From: Podarcis erhardii
Lineage: Eukaryota
DNA: 64,000 bases
NCBI GenBank assembly: GCA_964252035.1
Contig: OZ176210.1
Strand: one strand, 5' to 3'
The notes under the pieces were generated by a model, which saw only the letters and a program-made list of their open reading frames with translations, ran no database searches and was not told the origin of the DNA. This document shows positions 25,339 through 38,136 of the stretch, piece after piece (within the stretch, counting starts at the first letter, position 1; each line of letters starts with the position of its first letter). Both the position numbers and the translations under genes were made by a program.

Positions 25339-26059
25339 GTAAGTATGAACTAAGAATGGAGTCTCTGTTGAAAGACATAAGTGAAAAAGTCTTTGGCATA
25401 CCACAGAGGATATGGTTGGGGGGACGGACGGACTCTGAACTAGAAGTTTTCACCTCATGGGCACACAATTCTTCCCTCCGCTCCCCCCCCCCCCCCGCAG
25501 AAGGCACTCCCTAGGGCTAAAAAGTCATTAATCATTTTTCTTGCTAGTAATAAGCAGCAATTCAGGGATTGCCAAGAGCCAAAACCTGTCAAATATTATG
25601 TGTGCTGCAGATAGGTGAAGAAGAGGCTTAAGACCCTAGAATCAAAACTGACACTGGGATCTCAGAGACAACATAATACATGAACAGACCTTGAATAGAT
25701 TAAAGGAGGTGCAGAAGACCAATACTTTATTACCAAATCATACTTTTATCAGCAAAATATTTTATTGTTATTCGGAAGAATTCAACAGGAATTTCTCAAG
25801 CACAGATCCCCATTGCAATGACTCAGAATTGTGCAAGAGAGCAGCTGTGCCTTCTAAAACTCTCAGTTGCTTTAATTGGAGTTGTGCAAGGGAAAGTTGT
25901 GCCAATTGACGTCCTTCCCAGAGCGACAGCTACATTTACTTGTAGCTTATTTTTTTTATATAATATGGCAGAGAACACTTGCTAAATGTATATATCTCAC
26001 GAACACACACATACACACATTCTAATGCCTATATTTCTCCATGTACCTAAAATCTTTAG

Positions 26060-26143
26060 GATGTCGGGAATGATGACAAATGCTATAGGGGGCCCTGCGG
26101 CAGGTGTTGGTGGCCTCACTGATCTCTCAAGTCTCATACATGC
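26060..26143 (+). CDS. SGTB: SGTB coding exon 9
   Basis: MSGMMTNAIGGPAAGVGGLTDLSSLIH(A); ctttag|G ... GC|gtaagt; 84 nt. Confidence 0.96.
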
Positions 26144-26305
26144 GTAAGTGACGTACATACTGCAATTGCAAGTTAATATTTATGAAAATTATTTATTTAT
26201 GAGGTTCTTTTCATTCATATTAAATTTTATAGACTGCTTGTCCATAGGAATGATCAAGCAGTATTATGCATGCAAATACGTAAGAAGTATATTAGGACAT
26301 GAGTA

Positions 26306-26651
26306 CAGTAGTGCCCCGCAAGACGAACGCCTCGCAAGACGGAAAACCCGCTAGACGAAAGGGTTTTCCGTTTTGGAGGCGCTTCGCAAAACGAATTTCG
26401 CTATGGGCTTGCTTCGCAAGACGAAATGTCTTGCGAGTTCCTGCGGGTTTTTCCCCCTTTCCCCCCCCCTTTTCCTAAGCCGCTAAACCGCTTATCAGCT
26501 GATCCGCTGATCAGCTGATCCGCTAAAAGCCGCTAAACCGCTAATAGCACTAATCCGCTAAGCTGTCAATGGGCTTGCTTCGCAAGACGAAAAAACCGCT
26601 ATACGAAGAGCCTCATGGAACGGATTAATTTCGTCTCGCGAGGTACCACTG
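26306..26651. mobile_element. Tc1/mariner (Tigger-like) MITE in the last SGTB intron
   Basis: TA|cagtagtgccccgcaagacgaa ... ttcgtctcgcgaggtaccactg|TA; internal repeats of cttcgcaagacgaa and ccgcta. Confidence 0.85.
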
Positions 26652-27290
26652 TACACTAAAACAGTATCGAACAGCATATAAAATTCCTTCATTATCAACA
26701 ATGTCAGCCATAGGCAAAACTAGTTGTTCAGTTCAGTTGATGAAAGCCTGCTTAAATAGAAAAGTCTTCATTGGACGCCTGAAACTGAAAATACAACGTG
26801 TCCCTTTAATGATTAGTGGTACAGAATTTTGCAAAGCTGGTGTAACCACTCTGAAGGCCCTGTTACTGGTAGTTTAATACCTAACACATGACACTATTAG
26901 CAAGGCCTCATCCACTGAATGTAAAGGTTGGGCAGGGCTTAGGGACCAATGGAATATTGAAAATAGTCTATTTTTAAGTTGTTTTTAAAGGGGGCTGACT
27001 TAGTATTTCTTGTTTTCTGTTGCCGTCGCTGGTTACAACTTCACATCTATGTTCTGATCCTTCATTTGAGCATTTGGCCTGTGCTTTCCCTGTCTTTTCA
27101 GCAAAATGAAGAGCAGCTTTCTAAATTTCATGTTTTTCTCAGCTTAGGGCAAATGGGCTGTCTGATTAGTACTTTCTTTCAGTTGTAGAGTTAATTTGAG
27201 CTTTGGGTTCCTGTGTTTTGAGTACAGCACAACAGTGGCTTCCCCTCGTTTACTGATCTTTGTAAAATAAAAACAAAAATTTCTGTACAG

Positions 27291-27402
27291 AGGGCAGCAG
27301 TTTGCACAGCAGATACAGCAGCAAAACCCGGAACTCATAGAGCAGCTGCGGAACCACGTTCGAAGCAGATCTTTCAGCGGCAGCACTGAAGAGCATTCCT
27401 GA
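27291..27402 (+). CDS. SGTB: SGTB last coding exon
   Basis: GQQFAQQIQQQNPELIEQLRNHVRSRSFSGSTEEHS*; gtacag|A. Exon lengths sum to 915 nt = 304 aa plus stop, the recalled length of human SGTB. Confidence 0.96.
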
Positions 27403-30400
27403 TTAAAAGCAGCATGTGATAGAACACTGTTTTACTAATTCCAAAAGGCATACTGTAGCTAGTAGCAAATATCACCATTGTAATTCTTCTCAGACATGAG
27501 ACTGGAAATCCTTTGTGTGTATTCCTTATCGTCTGTTGAAAACAGATTCATTGCACACAGATGTGAACATATCATGTATGTATATTGATGCCTTTGTAAA
27601 TGGACTATAAATAAAACTGGTGACAGATTAAAATCTTTACATATAAGGCAGCATTTTCGTATCAATGCACAAAAGCATGCAATTTTTCATTCTCTTTTAA
27701 GAGAGTGGATTTTTTGCACTAGAATTGTGCGTTGAAAGAGATCACCCACTTGTGGTGACATAATATTACTTGTGGAGTAATAATGCTTGATAGGCTAGTC
27801 AGTCCTATGTAAAATCTGTATTCAAAATATATTAAATAAGGCAGCCTTTCCTCAAAACTGAAGGGTTGCCGCTGCCCCAGAGACAAGGCTGTGGCAAGCG
27901 AAAACAATTTTGCATGACTAATGTTGCATTTTTTACTTTATAAGCTTATAAAGTGAAGACTGCTTTTTTCCACATTGTGGGTCATTACTGGGGGTTTTGA
28001 AAGGAAGGAGAGCAATAGGTCTGATTGTTGGAGTTGCTTCAGGCTCAGAGGTTGTGGTGGGAGATGAAAAGAGGGTGAGTAAACCTTAAGCTGGGGGAGA
28101 AATAAATGTCTTGTAGGAGTTGGACCAGAAAAATTTAAGCTGTGCAGAATTTACGGGTCTATGCGTAGGTACAGGCAAAGAGGTATAGCATGTAGGCTGA
28201 CAAGCAGGGAGTACCTACTAAGTTTTCAAAGGGAGCGCTACTGTGAAATAATTGGAAACATTTCTTATAGGGCAGCTTGGGCTAGATGTAAAAGGGGGCG
28301 CTTGGCCTCCTTCTTTCCTATAGTTGTCTTAATAGACAGGACTTGCACAGCAGCAGTTCCGCGTTGCAATGAATGTATTGAGAGGAGCAAGGAGAAGGAA
28401 ATTACGAAAGCCATATTTAAGACTTGTGATTGAGCAATAGGTGATTCTCAGTCTCCTTATCAGTTTGTAATGGATGGATAGTGGGGAGAACTTTAGAAGC
28501 CCTAGCCAGAAAAGGTGCACCAAGGGGTGTTGAGAGAAAAAGCAGTGTAGAATCCAGAACAAAAGATGGGGATGAAAGTTTTCCCAGTAATATGCAGAAA
28601 TAGTCTCTCTGGCATACACAGAACCTAAGATTTTACCCTGGAGATAGCTCTGCAAACTTTGATGGAATGACACCATGTTTTTATAATGAGTTGAGTTATA
28701 TGCTCATAGTATCTATTCAATGTAGTTGTCATGTGCCTGTTTACGTAATCTGTGGTTTATGTAACCACGTATTGGTTGCACATTAGAAACTGTCTTAAGG
28801 GAAATCTGACAGCAGAAAGTTAATACAGTATGTATATTGTAGATTATCTGAAGTCAGCTTTTTGTTATCCCCTTTTAGTTCTGCCTTTGTTCTGAATTTT
28901 TATTTGTTGCTGTTGTCTTTATGCCTCTTCCTTCCTGTACGCACCTCCTGTCACTATATTTTTTATACTGTAATTCCAACCAAACGTACTTATGCATTTC
29001 TGCAGAACCAATTTAGAAAGTCTGTAACGGGAGAGACTTTCAGGCTAACAATATATTGCCACATTCAGGAAATAGTTCATTGGAGGATATTCGGAATGCT
29101 GAGCGGGTGGGAGAGCACCAAGAGTCTGTTGCAGTGCTGTTAACATTTGTCTTTTTTCTCAACTACTCGCTCTACAAAGCAGCAGTTTTTGACCTTTGTT
29201 TTTCAATATACTTGGTCCCCATTGACCTGTCCTTTTCCGAGTTCTCAAGTACCTTGGGTGTCTGGTTATTGGCATTAGGACAGTGCTTCAAGCATATTTT
29301 CATTCAGAAGTAGGAATCGCTGCTGAGCAAGTGTAATTAGAATATTGAAAATATGGAATATAAAGCTTGCAGTATAAAGGTACAATGCAAACTACTCATT
29401 AAATTGCTTTTGTGTAATTAACATTTAAATTAATTAGAAATTGCAGTAGCTATACACTGGTGTCCTGAACTCACTGGGTAGAAATAGTCCAGTGCTGATT
29501 TAACCAGTCATGATAGCGTTTTCAAAAAGTATGATCAGAGATGCAATCTCCTTCATGGCTACCACCCCATATTTAAGCTGCTGATTAGCACCCGTTCAGA
29601 TGTTCAGTGAACTAACCAGATAAGATGTGTTTGAAACAGCAGAAAGTGTTGCATTTATGGCAAACAACTAGCCTTTTCACTGTTAGATCAGGCAGACTGT
29701 TCTCCAAATAAAAATGCACATTCCAGATAACATTTTAGGTAGCAGCTATTCACACCTGAATCTGTTCTTCAGTTTTCCATAGATGATTCATGGATCAGTC
29801 TTGTGTTGTTTGGAATAAGTTTAATAAAAGAACACTTAAAATAAAGAATAGTTTACTGTTTTCCAACATTGTCTGTATAGTTTTTACTTCCCATTTCTTG
29901 TTTCATGAAGAAATTGACTTTATTGTACAAATTGGTTTTAAACTAGGACTGTTTCTAGGGGTTTCTGTCTGCTAATAAAACTAGTTTTCCCTATCTGTAG
30001 CATTAAGGAAGAAACAGCCTTGCTGTTGAATCCTGCGCCTATAGTTTTCTTTTAAGTGTGTTAAGGGCTGATTTAATACAATAAATCCTCACTGTGTATC
30101 ATTCAAAGACTTATGTTGGCATTCTGGTCAGTTAGCCATATGGAATGCAAACTAAAATATTGCTTCACTGCTAGCAGTGATACTTGTGGGAGACATCTAT
30201 ATGGAGGGATATGCCAGCAACTACCACTGCAGTGTCTTGCTAGATGTCTCCCACAAGTGTCTGGTTTGGTTTTTACTGAAATAATTCAAAACAGGAGAAA
30301 CTCTTGACTAATTGATTTGTGCATTTCCTTTTGCACTCAGTCTTTATGGACCCAGAGTCTGGTTGCAGCAATGTAAAAATACAATATTAAAATCAGTTAA

Positions 30401-30703
30401 AACTATTTACAATCAAAAGAATTGGGCAGGTGTCAGCATGTGATGAACACTATACAATGAAGGTATCAGCCGTACTCTTTCCAGTTTCTGTCTGAATCTG
30501 AGCTATTTCATCCCTACAGTGCCTTGCAAAGTAGTTGCAGCAGCCTTCAAACTGTACACAGCCTCCAAAGTTCAAAGACAGCGTGCTTCTAAGTACTAGT
30601 TACTAGGGAGCAAGAGCTCCAGAGAACTCTTGCCTCCAAGTGCCACTAGCACACTTTCCAGGGACATCTGGTTGTTTACTGTGAATAGAATGCTGGATTA
30701 CAT

Positions 30704-30832
30704 CAGGGATGGGGAACATGGGACCTGCTATATGTTGTTGGTCTATATGTTGTTGGTCAGCCCAGCTAGCATAGCTGTTGGTTGTTGGTGATGATGGGAG
30801 TTGTAGTCCAGCAACAGGGTTCCCCATCCCTG
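30704..30832. mobile_element. Short hAT-like MITE (129 bp)
   Basis: Perfect 14-bp TIR cagggatggggaac / gttccccatccctg; internal gatgggagttgtagtcca motif and a 15-bp tandem duplication. A related half copy lies near 16610-16710. Confidence 0.7.
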
Positions 30833-31410
30833 GACCAGATGGGTGTTCAGTTTGAATGGCTCTTATGGTCCAAATGGTGCTTCACTGACTCTGTACTCAG
30901 ATCACTCTGGTTCCCCACACTTCTTTATTACATGGTGAATTAAATCCCTAATATATGACCACCAAAAACATTTGTAAAATATGCTGTATTTCTAGATGTA
31001 GAAAATCCTGTTTTAATGTAGGGTGCAAGATTGGGAATTAGCCACTGCTTTTCCTATGAACATCAGCATGCATGAAATAGTTTGCAACCTTCCTCAATAC
31101 AGCTTAAGAGTCATTTATCCAGATACTACATGTCATGTTGCAAGTATCATTAAATGAGTTATGCAAGTAATAATTAGGGCATCTGCATCATTGGACTCAG
31201 GGCTTTATTTCCAAATAGTTTAAAATACATACGGTTGGCTCTTCACAAATAAACTGTTTTTTAAAAACATTTCAAAGATGCCAGATTGAATTGCAAAGGG
31301 GCAGTTAAATAAATAAATTCTTTTTTGGATTGCAGATGGTTGTAGTAAATTGCCAGAGGGTTGGGTCCAAAAACCAAAATAGGAAATATTAAAACGAAAA
31401 GGGTTCATTT

Positions 31411-31515
31411 TCAGTTTTCTTTTATTTTGGAAGAAACTACACAGACTTGTGCAATATCATCATACTCGTACGTTCTCTTCAGAAAGGTGTCTGTTAATCT
31501 CAAGCCAGAGACAGT
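31411..31515 (-). CDS. TRAPPC13: TRAPPC13 exon 13 (last)
   Basis: [34 protein letters not shown]; acceptor ttttag|ACT; TGA at 31411-31413. Confidence 0.96.
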   Translation of the reverse strand, partial: TVSGLRLTDTFLKRTYEYDDIAQVCVVSSKIKEN

Positions 31516-31834
31516 CTAAAATGAAAGGGGGAGAAAAAAGGATTGACAGTGTGAAACGTAACAGGCTTCTGAACTGGTCGTAAGAGCCCTATAACTCAAC
31601 AGTATCACCTTATATAGGTCATAAGGACCCCATGCTGCCATTCTTGGAAAGATATTCCAGGGCAATTGGATTTTTCAGTTTCCCTCCATGGGTGGAGAAG
31701 GTGGTCTGCCCTTGAAAGGACAGGGGACAGAGGAAAGGAAAACACACCCCAGCCTTTTGCCCTACAGACACAAGCCCAACAGATACTCCCTCCAACCCCA
31801 TATAGGATTGCAATGCCCAAGTGGGAGATCTTAC

Positions 31835-31982
31835 CTGTAGTCCCTGCACAGATGAAAGCAGCGTAAGTGTCAAGTGTAGGGATGAAGTGGGGTGCAGTTT
31901 GCCCAGCTGCCTTCCTGACACCCCACACCAGTGAATGGAATTAGTGTTGCACATTTCCAAAACCAGATCCATGGTTCTTTCA
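31835..31982 (-). CDS. TRAPPC13: TRAPPC13 exon 12 (alternative NAGNAG start at 31985)
   Basis: (S)[49 protein letters not shown]; acceptor atccag|cag|TG; donor CAG|gtaaga. Confidence 0.96.
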
Positions 31983-32648
31983 CTGCTGGATGGAAAAGAA
32001 TAATAAATTAACATAGATCTCAATTTGTCTAAGGGCCAGTTCATGTGTTTTGACTCCTTTTTCTTTTCCGCCTTCTTTCTATGGTTAGAAAGAAAAGGTT
32101 TCAGGGTGATGCATACAGTGGTTAAATGATTTAATGCTTCCAGCAAACCTGTGGCTTATTGATTGCCCAACAGGAGCCAGCATGATAATTAAAACATGTA
32201 TTTCTCTTAAATTCTGATTATTAAAAATAAATGGTTTTTAAAATAAAATGGTTTTAAAAATGAAGTCCTTATGTAATACAAATACACACATCTTTTTCAG
32301 CACATTGGACCAACTAGGTCACTGCCTCTCTTTCCTCTCCATCAATAAAAACCACAAATATTTTTGGAATTCTAAAATCTACTTTGTCCACTGTATCTCA
32401 GCAAGTGAGGGGCAGAATTATATATATCTAGGAATGTTCATTTAAAAAGCAAACCACTTCCATCACCTTAAAAATAATTATATATTCCTGCAGTAAGGAA
32501 AACCTTGAATGCAAACAGCATTTTAATACATCTAAAACATTGGGTGAATTATCTCTACAAAACTTACCCCTTTGACTGGAAACGGTAAGCAGTTCAAACT
32601 ACAATTCTTAAAAAATAGAGATGGCAGGAGGGGAAGTAATTTCATTAC

Positions 32649-32749
32649 CTGCAGTTTGTTATTTTACATGTAATATCAAACGGTTCTTCCAGGTTTACAG
32701 TGTCCGGAATTGTCTCCAATGAAACCCTGACATCACCATAACCTGGAGC
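32649..32749 (-). CDS. TRAPPC13: TRAPPC13 exon 11
   Basis: [33 protein letters not shown](S); tcttag|GCT ... AG|gtaatg; 101 nt. Confidence 0.96.
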
Positions 32750-33419
32750 CTAAGAAAGCATTAAAAGTTTAGCAAGGTACACCCACACCGAAACATCTGA
32801 AAGGCACCACAAGTGAATCATAGGATGACATTCTGGAGGAGTTTATGTAACATTACAAATTTCATGTTTATGCTGATGTACTTGGAGTCCTCATTTGGAT
32901 TTTGATGAACAGGAGCAACCTCAAACATCTTCAGAAAGAAAACATAAAAACTGAGATTTATAGTACAATTCTGGATAGCATTTAAGTAAGTTTTACCCAC
33001 TGAGATTAAAGAACATGATTTAGGTGCATTAATTTCAATAGGTCTACTCTTGAGTAAAACCTCTACAGCCTTTTCTCCTTATGAGTGCACAAGCCACTGC
33101 TTTCAAGAAGTGTTCTATTTAACCGTATGCTGATATTTAATTAAACAGGTTTTAGACCACGTTTTAGGCAAAGTTGCTTGGCAAAGCAGTTTACAATCAC
33201 AGACAAACATTCATCCACAACATTCAGTAGTAAAACAAGTTATGGCAGTCTCATCCCAGGAACATACAAGCCAGCATAACAACAAAATAAGCCGTCTAGT
33301 TCTCAAAGAGCAGCATGAAACAGGGAGTTGCCTTGGAATGAGTCAGGACACTGGTCAATCTAGTGCAGTATTGTCAACACTGACCAAAAGCAAATTTCAG
33401 ATGGGATGTTCACAGCTGT

Positions 33420-33485
33420 GCCTACTGATGTCTAGGACCTTGTGCACGCAAAGCAGATGCGCTATCACTGAGCTATGGTCATTCC
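33420..33485 (-). mobile_element. tRNA-derived SINE head fragment
   Basis: ggaccttgtgcacgcaaagcagatgcgctatcactgagctatgg is the complement of a tRNA-like SINE head with an A-box region. Confidence 0.55.
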
Positions 33486-33873
33486 CCAAAATAATTAGCA
33501 TTGGCCCCAAAGACCCTGATGAAAAAAACTGATGTAAACAAGGCATGTTTACAGCTAGCAAGGGAGGAAATATACCTGATCTCACCTGGAATCAAATTCC
33601 GTATTTGGGGTGTGGATCACTGAAAAGAATCTGTTCTATGTTCCAGCAAAAGTGCTGTATATATATATATATCTGGTCTTATAAATTGTAATATTAATGA
33701 GAACTTGAGAAGAATCCCGATGGATCACATCAAGGTCTATTTACTCCAATATTGTTTTTACAATTTCTAAATTTTCCTCCCAGCACCTGATATTCAGAGG
33801 TAAACTGTATCTGCACAGGCTCTTCACTATTTTCCCTTCTGTCTTTAAAGAGAATCTTCTGAAAAATACTTAC

Positions 33874-34072
33874 CATTCGTTGGAGCTGGCTGGTTTGCAA
33901 CCTTCCCCTTTCACCCAAGTTTGTCTTCCATACTATATCAAGCTTTCCAATGACTGTCACACCTTTAATAACGCCAGCTTTCTCTGCAAACTCTTGCTTT
34001 GGTTTAAGACAGTAAAGATACTGTCGAGTATCCATGGGTTGCAGATATGTTCTTGAACCAAATGTTGACACA
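33874..34072 (-). CDS. TRAPPC13: TRAPPC13 exon 10
   Basis: [66 protein letters not shown]; ttccag|T ... ATG|gtaagt; 199 nt. Confidence 0.97.
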
Positions 34073-34477
34073 CTGGAAGAGAAGGGGCAGGTTTACCTTA
34101 GCTTGTACCTCAAAATTGGACTTTTCAACAAAAATCCAGTGAATTCTGGACTGGCTATCAGATTCAGTTTTCAGTTGCCTCTGGAAGTTTTAAGGAAATC
34201 AGGCTTAGCAGAGAAAAAAAATTAAAAGACAAGCAAGATTTTTTGCGAAAGTTTGGAAGGGAGGAATATAGGAATGGGGGAGGCCTCAAACTGGCTAGAC
34301 CACCTGTTTTGCTATGCTACACTGGACTATATTCTACAGTAATCTTGATACAAATGGTGGTGATAGTTAAGAGAGCTCATAGAAAATGAATTGAGGTACA
34401 TGCCAATGTTTGAAATTAACAGCAAATGTAGCAAGGTCATCAAAATACCACAGTAAGCAGTATGACACAGAATTATA

Positions 34478-34722
34478 CAGTCGTACCTTGGTTCTCGAAC
34501 GGAATCTGTTCCGGAAGTCTGTTCAACTTCTGAAAACATTCGAAAACCAAGGTGCGGCTCCCTGCAGGAGCTTCCTTGCACTCAATTGGAAGCCGCAGAA
34601 GCCGTGTCGGACATTCAGCTTCCAAAAAAAGTTGCAAATCAGAACACGTACTTCTGGGTTTGCGGGGGTTCGAGAGCCAAGATGTTCAAGTCACAAGGTG
34701 TTCAAGAACCAAGGTACGACTG
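34478..34722. mobile_element. Tc1/mariner (Tigger-like) MITE, 245 bp
   Basis: TA|cagtcgtaccttggttctcgaac ... gttcaagaaccaaggtacgactg|TA. Confidence 0.88.
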
Positions 34723-34884
34723 TACTCTGGGCCCATAATACAAGGAACCACAGCAAAGAGCGTCCATTTGCAAGAACAGCTTCATCAGCGCACGTATAGC
34801 TTCAGTTTTTAGTATATGAAGACACAAGCACCATGATGCGTGACTGTAGCCAGTACAGTATGAAGAAGCAAATAAGGCCCTTAC

Positions 34885-35018
34885 CTGTCCTCACCTTGGT
34901 TGACTGCATTTAATTCTGCTACGTTGTACATAATAGAAGGTTCCAGTGACACCTTCTCCATGAACATTGGAGAGGTTGTGATATTCTGAATCTGAGCTTC
35001 CAAAAATACTTCATCAGT
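34885..35018 (-). CDS. TRAPPC13: TRAPPC13 exon 9
   Basis: [44 protein letters not shown](S); ttttag|ACT ... AG|gtaagg; 134 nt. Confidence 0.96.
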
Positions 35019-35991
35019 CTAAAAGAGCAGAGAAAACGCCTAAATAAAAAAATAATCTCAACTGACAAAACGCTCCAGCATCTCAAGTGTTTGAAAAACA
35101 TTAAACCACAAACGCAGTTAGTTCATGCCTGAAAATCAAAAGTAACAGTCATTAAATGCGAGAAAAGTCTTTATCCCAACAGAGAGCAGTAGAAGCAAAA
35201 ATGTTAGTCAACTGGAATAGTGCTGACAATGGATTTGGGAAAACTTTGTCATATTTTCCTATTCTAAGGTAGTGTCTATATGGCCTAAACTGGACTTGCA
35301 AGCTGAGCTCCAACGGTCCACATCAATTCAGATTTTCTTTTAAAAGGAAAGAAATAACACTTTATAAATGTAAAATGAGTGCAATGCACAACAGACACAT
35401 GCCATGCCAGATTAATGATGCACCAGGCTGCATACAAAGAAAATATTGTTAATAGGTGTTTTTTTAAGTGTATGAACTGTTACAGGGGTTTAGAGGCATG
35501 CTACACAAACTGTTCACATTGACCTAAGAACTGCTCAGGTCTCTGCTATAAACTTTCGTAATGGCACAGAGCTTAATATTCTACTACCCCAACAACCTTA
35601 TTTCTGGTTCTAAGACACCTAGTGTCCTTCCCATCTCAAGAATTAAAGAACTTGATGCAATTATCAACTGCATGTCCCTTAACTGGGGACATGGTACAAA
35701 CGTGATCTGTTTAAATGTCTCTGCAAGATCTCAGTCCTGCAAAGCAGTGTGACGTATCTGGCAGTTCAAAACTGCAATCAAAACCTGCTGACAATCAAAG
35801 GGATGCCTGCAGGGGAGGAACGATGGGAGCCGCTCGATCAAAGGCTCCAACATCATATCTGATTACAAGCATGTGGAGGCCCTGTGTAAAATGGAAAATC
35901 CCATCAAGTAAAAGGGGCATACTTGGTTTTTGTAACTGAAAACAGGATAGCCTCATACCTATTTTCCACTGTTTGTCAAAAGTTGAGTTGG

Positions 35992-36156
35992 AACTGGATG
36001 TTGACTAGTGGTGGCAAACTGTAAAACAATTCCAGCCCCTCACATTCCATGTTGTTTGGAGGGCCATCAAAAGGCAATGGGTGGCCCTCCAAACAACATG
36101 GAATGTGAGAGGCTGGAATTGTTTTACAGTTTGCCACCACCAGTCAACATCCAGTT
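35992..36156. repeat. 75-bp inverted repeat (73/75 identical) with 15-nt spacer
   Basis: Arms 35992-36066 and 36082-36156; mismatches only at 36007/36141 and 36038/36110. Confidence 0.95.
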
Positions 36157-37974
36157 GACTGTAAGATTAGCCACAGTTTAGAATATTGTCTGATTCTTAA
36201 ACAGTGGTTAATCTAAGACAGAAATACTCCCTTTCAGGCTCTTTGCTGGGAGATCAGCAAACTTTTAGGTAAATTGCCTATTAGACAAAATTCCTGGAGT
36301 CTCTTTGGCAGCGGAAAAATTCCTGTTAGTTGCTGAGAAGACCAGAAAGCAACAGGTGAATAAAGGTTTGATCTTTATTGTCCTAGAAATTGTCTTTCTC
36401 GGGTTATCATGTTATGCTGATGTCACCTAACACTGTATTAGATCTGTACTTTTGGTTAATTTTGGCCTATTAACTGTATTAAAAAAAAGGTAGTGCATGT
36501 TGTAAAATAGAAGCAGCAGCTTCTGGTCTTCTCAGATTAGAAGGAGGGGAGTATTATGTATTCAAGCAAAACACCAATGACGAATAAAATTCAGTTATTT
36601 CGCTTTTATTTTTTTTAAAAAAAACCTTAAGTACTATCATGTCTTCTAGCACTAGGGATTTAACATTTTTCTACTCTTCTGAAAGAATATCCCATAAATC
36701 CATTGCTTACATCTTGTGTTTTCCAAATTTCCCATCAGTGTCTTTTAAAACAGCAACCACCAGAAATTTAGCAAGAGCCAAGTTGAAGGAAGAAAACAAA
36801 ACCAAGCATCATAATGAAAAAGCAAGGTAGCTTACAATGACGCAGGGGTTGATTAGTCTCACTCTCACGATTAGTCCCAATAGCATGATTTGATCAGAGC
36901 GCTTCACAGCAAATTTCCTGGATTATTATAGCACACACATCAAGATTTGAACTGCAATTACACCGTTAGACTCATTGCCACATGCATTCATAAATTTGAA
37001 AGGAGTTTTAATAAACATATAAAGAAAGATGTGAAATATCTTGTCTCTCTCCTCCCATCCAGTGTCTTCACAAAAACAGCAAATAACAGAAATTTTGCCA
37101 TGATTTAATACGAAACAAGCCTACATGCAAGGTTCTGTGTACTTTTATACCACCAAACACAAGAAACACTACCAGGTAAAGACCACTATAACTAAGCATT
37201 CCAAATAGTGAAAAATATATAAATTACGTAAGGAAATTTGCACAATGCATTGGAAGAAAAATGGGCACTAGCAGAATTTTGTGAAGTTCTGTACTAGTCA
37301 ATTAAATGATTTTTTTAAAAAATGCTTTTGAGGGCCATACCCTCAAGAATGGTCTTTCCACATATAAACCTACTTGGGACTCTTAAGATAACCCAAGGTC
37401 CTTCTCTGTGTGCTCCCATTTAAGTGATGCCAAGATGGTAGCAATGAGATAACAGGTCTTTCCAATGGTAGCCTCCTGCTTGTGCCACACTTGCATTTGA
37501 TCTAGTAGGCTCTTCACACGTCATTGGAGGAGAGAAGATATTCTTGCTTACAATAGACTATTGTGGATGTACGTGGTTAGCATGCAGTGTTGCCTTAATG
37601 GATACATTTGCTATGTATTTTATTTTGCTTTGGTTAGAAGTAAACTTGAGACTTCCTTAGCTGTGGAAGTGATGAACAAATCTAATACTAGGCTTGTGTA
37701 AGAGATTTTATAGCCACTGAATTTCATTTCACTTGTTCACATGATATTCTAGCCTGTACTGTAAAAGCCCTTCTGGGAATGGAAAATACTTTCTGCATGC
37801 AGAAGGATAGATTGGCCTCCAACCCAATACCTTCAATTTAATGCAATTTCTTATACAACTTTAATTTTCTTTTTGCATAACTCATTCTGGCTTTGTGAAT
37901 CATCAGACAGGCCCAGAACTATTCCAGACCATGACACCCCACTCTAGTCACTCATGACAAATCACACTTTCAGC

Positions 37975-38136
37975 ATCAGAGACAATAGACCTCCAAATAT
38001 GAGTTGCTGAGGTTCACAGCTGGGAAAGTACTATTATGTTCATGTCCTACTTGGGGGCTTTTCATAGGCATCTGGCTGGGCACTGTGAGGACAGAATGCT
38101 GAACTTTGGTCTGGTCCAGCAGAGCTGTTCTTATGT
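37975..38136 (+). mobile_element. CR1-type LINE 3' end fragment
   Basis: ataggcatctggctgggcactgtgaggacagaatgctg...ggtctggtccagcagagctgttcttatgt, similar to 15750-15836 and ending in the ttcttatg tail. Confidence 0.65.

Noticed and set aside
27950-28700. Purine-rich segment with 90-115 aa ORFs in the SGTB 3' region
   Set aside because: Could be a decayed repeat, but I could not assign a family or find a protein motif; a RepeatMasker run is needed.
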